This document shows, in pieces, positions 58,720 to 64,000 of a stretch of 64,000 nucleotides of DNA (positions within the stretch are counted from its first letter, which is position 1; each line of letters opens with the position of its first letter). The position numbers were made by a program, and so were the translations under genes. The stretch lies in assembly GCA_965216565.1 (NCBI GenBank), contig OZ244170.1, positions 1,984,001 to 2,048,000 on the forward strand, written 5' to 3'. The notes under the pieces were generated by a model. That model was not told where the DNA came from. It was given only the letters and a program-made list of their open reading frames with translations, and made no database searches. The stretch is from Bythopirellula sp. Its GTDB lineage: Bacteria > Planctomycetota > Planctomycetia > Pirellulales > Lacipirellulaceae.

Positions 58720-60354
58720 ATGTTAGACCATCGGAAGTTTTTCTTAATTGCACTAGGACTCACGCTGGCGATCGCGCCTGCAGTGACTCAAGCTCAGATC
58801 CTCTCGGACGGCGATTTCAATGCCGTCGATTACACGTCCAGTACGGCAATCAGTTCGTCCGACAGCGGATGGCCTGGGCCTCCCGCGGTCTCCGACATTC
58901 GTTACAACGTCGACTACGGTAATCTCGACATCTTTGGCGATGGTTTCATCGTCGCCAGCTTACCGGAAGCCCCCCGATCCGATCCCAACGATACAGCCAC
59001 GACGGGTCTATTCCTTTCGGCCAACAATAACTCCTTTGCCACACCAACCTGGTCGATGGCTGCGGTTACTCCTAATGGCCTTAACGTTGGTACTGGTACA
59101 GCCACGCCTAATTTTAAGATGACCGTGGATGTATTCCATAGCGCCGGCACAGGCACACTGGATCCGAATGGTGTGAACTCTGGGCGAAGTGGTACGACCA
59201 ACTACTCCCATCTAGGAATTGGGCAAGCTAACACCACGGTTCAGGTGGAAGACTTGAATGCTGATCCGAACAATGGAAATCAAGCTGGCGGGCAAGGCCT
59301 GGGCCTCCTGATCACCGCCGATGGTGGTGCTGCAGAAGATTACATGCCTGTCTACTCTGGTGCTGTTTACCGTGATCGTACCGGTGGTGCCACCTTTGGA
59401 ACTACCTACCGAGGCGTTCCAGATCCTAATGGAAACGCGATTTCCTATGGTAAATCTGGCTTGGCCAATCAAGTTCTTAATCAGTACTGGCTCGACCAAG
59501 GTCTCGGATTCGTGATCGACGATGCTGGCGACCCTAGCTTTGATCCCAACACGGGCCTGCGGCTCAACCGGTTTACTGGTAATGGAACAAGCTTTACTCC
59601 AGACCCAGCTACTGTCGGCAGCTATGATCTCGACGATCCCAATGTCGTGGTCAAACGTGTCTATGGTGATGTATTAACCGAGTTCACGGCACAACCCACG
59701 CACCTGAGTGGCGATTTTGAAACTATCAATGGACCTCTAGGTGATAACAGCATCGCCGGTGTCGGCATCCTAGGTAACACGTGGAGCACCCACGAGTTAT
59801 ATTGGATTGACGGTGTGTTCACCTATGTCATGGACGGTGCAGTCCTGCTCGAAATTGAGCCTGACTACGATCCGAATAACCTTGCCAATGGAAACGTTTA
59901 CGACGATTTCAGTGACTCGGGTTCGGTTGTCCTTGGTTTCTTCGATCGATTCAATTCGGTTGCTTTGAGCCCAGATGGTGCCAACTTTGTAATTTACGAC
60001 AACCTGACTGTAGAAGCAGCAACTTCGGGCGATGCTCCCGACCTGCTCGAATTCTACGAAAGTGAAGGCTTCCTACTTTCCAATGCCGATAACGCTGACT
60101 TCGACGGAGACGGTGTTGTCTCTGGCTTGGACTTCTTGATCTGGCAGCAGAATGTTGGTGCCACGGGTCAAACCGATAACTCCCTTGGCGATGCCAACGG
60201 AGATGGCGTAGTAGGTAGTGCCGACTTGGCCATCTACGAAGGTCAGTACGGTACGTCGCCTCTCTCGGCGAATGTAGCTGCTGTGCCCGAACCTATGTCT
60301 GTAAGCCTCATGTTGCTGGCTTGCGGTTGCATGGGCATTCGCCGACGTCGGTAG
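58720..60354 (+). CDS. PEP-CTERM surface protein of unknown function with dockerin-like repeats
   Basis: GGGAG RBS, signal peptide (TQA-Q), ADFDGDG, GDANGDG, VPEP...RRRR. Confidence 0.82.
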   Translation: MLDHRKFFLIALGLTLAIAPAVTQAQILSDGDFNAVDYTSSTAISSSDSGWPGPPAVSDIRYNVDYGNLDIFGDGFIVASLPEAPRSDPNDTATTGLFLSANNNSFATPTWSMAAVTPNGLNVGTGTATPNFKMTVDVFHSAGTGTLDPNGVNSGRSGTTNYSHLGIGQANTTVQVEDLNADPNNGNQAGGQGLGLLITADGGAAEDYMPVYSGAVYRDRTGGATFGTTYRGVPDPNGNAISYGKSGLANQVLNQYWLDQGLGFVIDDAGDPSFDPNTGLRLNRFTGNGTSFTPDPATVGSYDLDDPNVVVKRVYGDVLTEFTAQPTHLSGDFETINGPLGDNSIAGVGILGNTWSTHELYWIDGVFTYVMDGAVLLEIEPDYDPNNLANGNVYDDFSDSGSVVLGFFDRFNSVALSPDGANFVIYDNLTVEAATSGDAPDLLEFYESEGFLLSNADNADFDGDGVVSGLDFLIWQQNVGATGQTDNSLGDANGDGVVGSADLAIYEGQYGTSPLSANVAAVPEPMSVSLMLLACGCMGIRRRR

Positions 60355-60388
60355 TGTTGTTGGTTTAGCAATTTTGTGAAACCTTACC

Positions 60389-60430
60389 ACCCGCCTCGCG
60401 GCTCGGGGCAGACCGCGGGGTGGGTTTTTT
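60389..60430 (+). terminator. Intrinsic terminator-like hairpin
   Basis: ACCCGCCTCGCGG-CTCGGGGCAGA-CCGCGGGGTGGGT followed by a T run. Confidence 0.75.
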
Positions 60431-60602
60431 CTAACCCTTAGATAAAAAGCATTCGGATTCAGGCTAGTTATTAAGACATCGCAAGAATTATTTTCCGAAT
60501 GCAATTTCCGATGCTTTCCGTCTTCTATCTGACAACTGCAACCAAAGAGCAGCACAGCGTAGAGACGGGGAAACTTTCTTAGACAATTAATCTCCGTTAC
60601 CT

Positions 60603-61712
60603 ATGGAATTAGTAGCGATGTCCGTATCTCAAATCTCTCGCAAGAGAATCCACGACGCTTTCACGCTCGTAGAATTGCTGGTTGTAATCGCCATCATTGG
60701 CGTTCTGGTGGCCCTCCTGCTACCTGCCGTGCAGGCAGCACGCGAAGCGGCCCGTCGTATTCAATGCCAAAATAACGTCCGCAACTTGGCACTGGGCGTA
60801 CTCAACTATGAGAATGCCCGCGGTGTGATGCCCCCGTCGAGTCAGATGCTAGGGGCTAAGACGCGGTTACCTGGTGTAACGTCACCTCGATTGCAAATGT
60901 ACACCTCCCAAGCGCGGGAACGACTAAGTTGGATTTACCAAATCCTTCCCAATATCGAGCAGCAAGCTCTCTATGATCAGTTCGACCCCAACCTAACGGT
61001 GTTTAACCAAGACGTTAATTCGCGTCCAGAAGAAGCTCAACCTGCCGTGCTACTTTGTCCGAGCGACGATACAACCGGCACTTTCTATGAGCAAAGTAAT
61101 CGGAGACTCGCGAAAGGGAATTACGCCGCCTATGCTTCTCCAGAACACGCTACCAGCTCAACTATTTGGCCGGGCGCACTGATCCAAGAGCCTCAGCCGC
61201 TACAGCGATTTACCGACGGCACGTCCAGTACCGTGATGTTGGCTGAAGTGCTAACTCGTGAAGAACCGACAGACCAACGAGGTGCCTGGGCGGTGGCTTA
61301 CATTGGTTCTTCCATTCTCGCACTCGACCTCCATGGCCAAGGAGTGGGAACGGGCAATATTGCTGAACAGGGCCGACAAGTTCCCTACTACCCTGTTGTT
61401 TCGGGCCTCCAACTGCAAGATGCGCTCACGCCAAATCTTCAAACCGGCAGTCTCACCGCCGACGAAATTCTTCAATGCGAAAACACCGCTGATGCCGACC
61501 TGCAGCGAATGCCCTGCCGCACCCACGGTTCTACGCAAAACTACACCGCTGCCCCTCGCAGCAACCATACCGGCGGAGTCAATGCTGCCAATGTGGATGG
61601 GAGTGTTCGCTTTCTCTCCGACGACATTGAACCTCCCGTGCTAGGCGTTCTAATCCACATTAGCGATGGATTGCTTCAGGACAGCATTCCAGTCATCAGT
61701 GGCAATTTATAG
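60603..61712 (+). CDS. DUF1559 prepilin-type protein
   Basis: [34 protein letters not shown]. Confidence 0.95.
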   Translation: MELVAMSVSQISRKRIHDAFTLVELLVVIAIIGVLVALLLPAVQAAREAARRIQCQNNVRNLALGVLNYENARGVMPPSSQMLGAKTRLPGVTSPRLQMYTSQARERLSWIYQILPNIEQQALYDQFDPNLTVFNQDVNSRPEEAQPAVLLCPSDDTTGTFYEQSNRRLAKGNYAAYASPEHATSSTIWPGALIQEPQPLQRFTDGTSSTVMLAEVLTREEPTDQRGAWAVAYIGSSILALDLHGQGVGTGNIAEQGRQVPYYPVVSGLQLQDALTPNLQTGSLTADEILQCENTADADLQRMPCRTHGSTQNYTAAPRSNHTGGVNAANVDGSVRFLSDDIEPPVLGVLIHISDGLLQDSIPVISGNL

Positions 61713-61788
61713 CCATCGAATCTTGAAAGAAAAACACTTGCTCCTGACCTGTCGTTAGGTTGTTCGGGCCCAGAAGGAATCGCACTCC

Positions 61789-62163
61789 ATGAAACAATCG
61801 TTACCGGTCATTGCCTTGGGAATCGGAATCCCTCTTGTTTTGCTGAGCATTCTGTGGAGTTCAATTTTCCCCGCCAGCAATAGTTGGACGGAGGAGAAGT
61901 CCAAACGCATGACCGAACTAGCACTTCAGACTCAGCAGCTAATGTATAAGGTGGTGAAGGCGGAGAATAACGACCTCAAATCGGGTGAGAATCCTGCTGA
62001 AATCAACGAAAAGTACCGCGCATCGAAGAAGGAGCTGGAACAGCTTCAAAACGATTTCGAAACCCAGCGGGACAAACCCAGCACCATTGCCAGCTATCTT
62101 CGTTGGGCGGGGATCGCGTTGGTGATCGTAGGGGCGGGTGCGAATTTTGTCGAACGGGGCTAG
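61789..62163 (+). CDS. Small membrane protein (TM - coiled coil - TM)
   Basis: AAGGA RBS, two hydrophobic segments flanking a helical region. Confidence 0.65.
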   Translation: MKQSLPVIALGIGIPLVLLSILWSSIFPASNSWTEEKSKRMTELALQTQQLMYKVVKAENNDLKSGENPAEINEKYRASKKELEQLQNDFETQRDKPSTIASYLRWAGIALVIVGAGANFVERG

Positions 62164-62195
62164 AGCTTGCCAGGAGCCCCGAAATCTCACCATTC

Positions 62196-62266
62196 TGCGC
62201 ACCCCGGCAACCTCTCCGCGCAACCGTAGGGCAATTTCTTTCCCAAAAACCTGCTCTACGTATAAT
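62196..62266 (+). promoter_or_regulatory. Putative operator and -10 element upstream of the amidase
   Basis: TGCGCA (62196) and CGCGCA (62217). Perfect TATAAT at 62261. Confidence 0.65.
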
Positions 62267-62500
62267 CGAGTGTAGAGGTAATCGAACGTAGAGGCGAACC
62301 AGATGCAGCAGCCAGTAGGCGCGATCCCAAGGAATTGCCCAAGCAGGTTGTCATCGAACTCTTACAAAGTGCAACCAAGGCTTACGTCATCCAACTTCAC
62401 CCCATGCTTGGGCTGATGCTCAAGTTCGGAATCGGCACTTTCGAACTTAGAGCGACTTAGAAGCGACAAGAATGAGAAGACACAGATGAGAAGAGGAACA

Positions 62501-64000
62501 ATGAAGAACTATCTACGCAAACTCGGTCGAAAAACACGAGCATCCCTCACGAAAGTTGGCAAACTATCTGCCGATAAGTCGCTCCGCTACGAAGTCTTAG
62601 AAACCCGCTCGATGCTCAGCGCCGCGGGAATCGTCGACTTTATCGCCCAGCCGTCAGGGGCTTTGGACGGAAAGATCGTCTTCACCTCTGCCGGTCATGG
62701 GCTCGAGTGGAACACCAACATCAACGATTTCTATCTAGGCCGAGAAGAGTTCGCCAGCACCGAGGTGAACGAAGCCCTGGGCAATCAAGATCAGCTCCAC
62801 TTCTTTGCCGAGCACCTACTCCGTGCCGGCGCTACAGTCGTACCCTTGCGACCTGTAGGCGATCAGCCCAATGAAGTGGTCCTCGATAACGACTTGGTAG
62901 AGGTGACTTACTCGGGTGCCTGGTCAAATAGCAGTGCCGCTATTCACTATGACGAAGACTATGGCGCAGTTGCCGATGGCGTCTCGTATCGATTCGCTAA
63001 TGTCTCTGCCACTGAAACAGCCACGGCAACTTACACACCTGACATTCCAGAAGAAGGTTTCTACCCGGTCTACACCTGGGTACTAGATGGTGGCAATCGA
63101 ACAGACCAGCTCTACCGCATCAACGACAGTGCCGGTGGTGTAACCGAAGTGCGTGTCGATCACCGCAAGGTTGGCAAGGGTTGGGTTTACCTGGGCACTT
63201 ATCACTTCGATGAGGGTACCAGTGGCAACGTTCAGATTAGCAATCAATCGACTGCCGGCGGATCGGTCGTCATTGCAGATGCCATCCGCTTTGGCAACGG
63301 CATGGGCGATCTTCCCGATGGCGCTGGCGGCCTGGGTACAGGAGTAATTACTGGTGCTCCTCGCGAAGACGAGGCCTCTATCTTCTGGATCTATCGGAGC
63401 GTTGGCCAGGGCGTAAGCGCCCCCTTAGTAATCGGCAGCGGCAACGTCTCTGCTCCCGAAAACATGGCCGAGCATATGAATAATAACGCCAACGCGTTTG
63501 GCGATTCGGTTTACATCGGGTTCCACTCCAACGCCGGCGGAGGCAGGGGAGCGGTTGGTCTGTTTACTAGCAGCGCCGCCCAACGGACTCCCAACCAGGA
63601 AGCTCTCGCAACCTACACGGGTCGCCAAATTAATCAAGACATGCAGGCCCTCAACGGGCAGTTCGAACACAACTGGAGCACCCGCACTACCCACACATTC
63701 AACGGCGTCAACTTTGGTGAGATCAACGCTGGCCCCGGCGCCGAAATGGACATGACCATCATCGAGGTTGCGTTTCACGACAGCAATCTTGATGCCGATC
63801 TGTTAAACGATCCCAAGGTACGCGAACAACTCGGACGTTCCACCTACGAAGCAGTCATCGAATACTTCGCCAACCACGCGGGCCTGGCCGATTCGACGAG
63901 CCAACCCTCGGCCCCAACGGAAATTTCAGCCACCACCGCGTCAAACGGAGATATCACCGTCTCTTGGGAACCCGGCCCTACCGGTGTGCAGGGTGGAACG
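62501..64000 (+). CDS. Secreted N-acetylmuramoyl-L-alanine amidase (Amidase_3) with inserted golvesin/xanthan-lyase-like beta domain and start of FN3; 3' truncated and absent from the ORF track
   Basis: Manual translation from ATG 62501 (GAGGA RBS): LRYEVLETRSMLS signal, LDGKIVFTSAGHG, VIADAIRFG, IGFHSNA, IIEVAFHD, PSAPT...ITVSW. Confidence 0.85.
   Translation, partial: MKNYLRKLGRKTRASLTKVGKLSADKSLRYEVLETRSMLSAAGIVDFIAQPSGALDGKIVFTSAGHGLEWNTNINDFYLGREEFASTEVNEALGNQDQLHFFAEHLLRAGATVVPLRPVGDQPNEVVLDNDLVEVTYSGAWSNSSAAIHYDEDYGAVADGVSYRFANVSATETATATYTPDIPEEGFYPVYTWVLDGGNRTDQLYRINDSAGGVTEVRVDHRKVGKGWVYLGTYHFDEGTSGNVQISNQSTAGGSVVIADAIRFGNGMGDLPDGAGGLGTGVITGAPREDEASIFWIYRSVGQGVSAPLVIGSGNVSAPENMAEHMNNNANAFGDSVYIGFHSNAGGGRGAVGLFTSSAAQRTPNQEALATYTGRQINQDMQALNGQFEHNWSTRTTHTFNGVNFGEINAGPGAEMDMTIIEVAFHDSNLDADLLNDPKVREQLGRSTYEAVIEYFANHAGLADSTSQPSAPTEISATTASNGDITVSWEPGPTGVQGGT

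Noticed and set aside
7115..60354. A true cellulosome
   Set aside because: Dockerin-like repeats are present, but no cohesin scaffoldin is recognisable in the window.
60478..60503. Possible tenth operator (ATCGCA ... AATGCA) upstream of DUF1559 60603
   Set aside because: Period is 20 bp and the second box lacks the CGCA core.
189..63778. The many short antisense or overlapping ORFs in the track (e.g. 31594-32325, 38246-38956, 63425-63778)
   Set aside because: They are shadows of well-supported genes with no recognisable motifs.
1..64000. tRNA, rRNA, transposase, integrase or prophage genes
   Set aside because: No supporting sequence recognised.

Overview
Planctomycete DNA, most likely Pirellulales/Lacipirellulaceae-like. 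This is inferred from four DUF1559 prepilin-type genes, eight VPEP (PEP-CTERM) proteins with dockerin-like repeats, an LExRxLL-type signal and an ECF sigma/FecR pair. The window holds two adjacent catabolic loci built on a similar plan, and neither has SusC/SusD or a TonB receptor. (1) About 1-17.6 kb is a starch/maltodextrin locus: ECF sigma, FecR, two paralogous non-catalytic PEP-CTERM proteins, DUF1559, two lipoproteins, two GH13 enzymes, a MalE-MalF fusion and MalG, followed by a sulfatase. (2) From about 19.1 kb to beyond 64 kb is a >=45-kb peptidoglycan degradation/scavenging locus. Exported enzymes: SpoIID-like, two GHL10/DigH-like, an Amidase_3, an AmiE-NamZ fusion and a double penicillin-recognising fusion. 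Uptake: AmpG, SSS, NhaC, SpmAB. Cytoplasmic and peptide catabolism: NagZ, AnmK, MurK-like kinase, MurQ, tandem GNAT, LD-carboxypeptidase, M14, M19, GGT and a DgcN/DgcA-like pair. The locus also carries a XylR-type regulator. A 21-bp-period direct repeat (CGCA-N17-CGCA) read from the sequence recurs in nine intergenic regions of locus 2 and is the probable operator. Other signals: an unannotated ~170-aa domain shared by two cell-wall enzymes, strong enrichment of the tripeptide DPN in four surface proteins, a conserved hairpin after the non-catalytic PEP-CTERM genes, and REP/MITE-like palindromes. All family calls come from motif recognition by eye; no searches were run.
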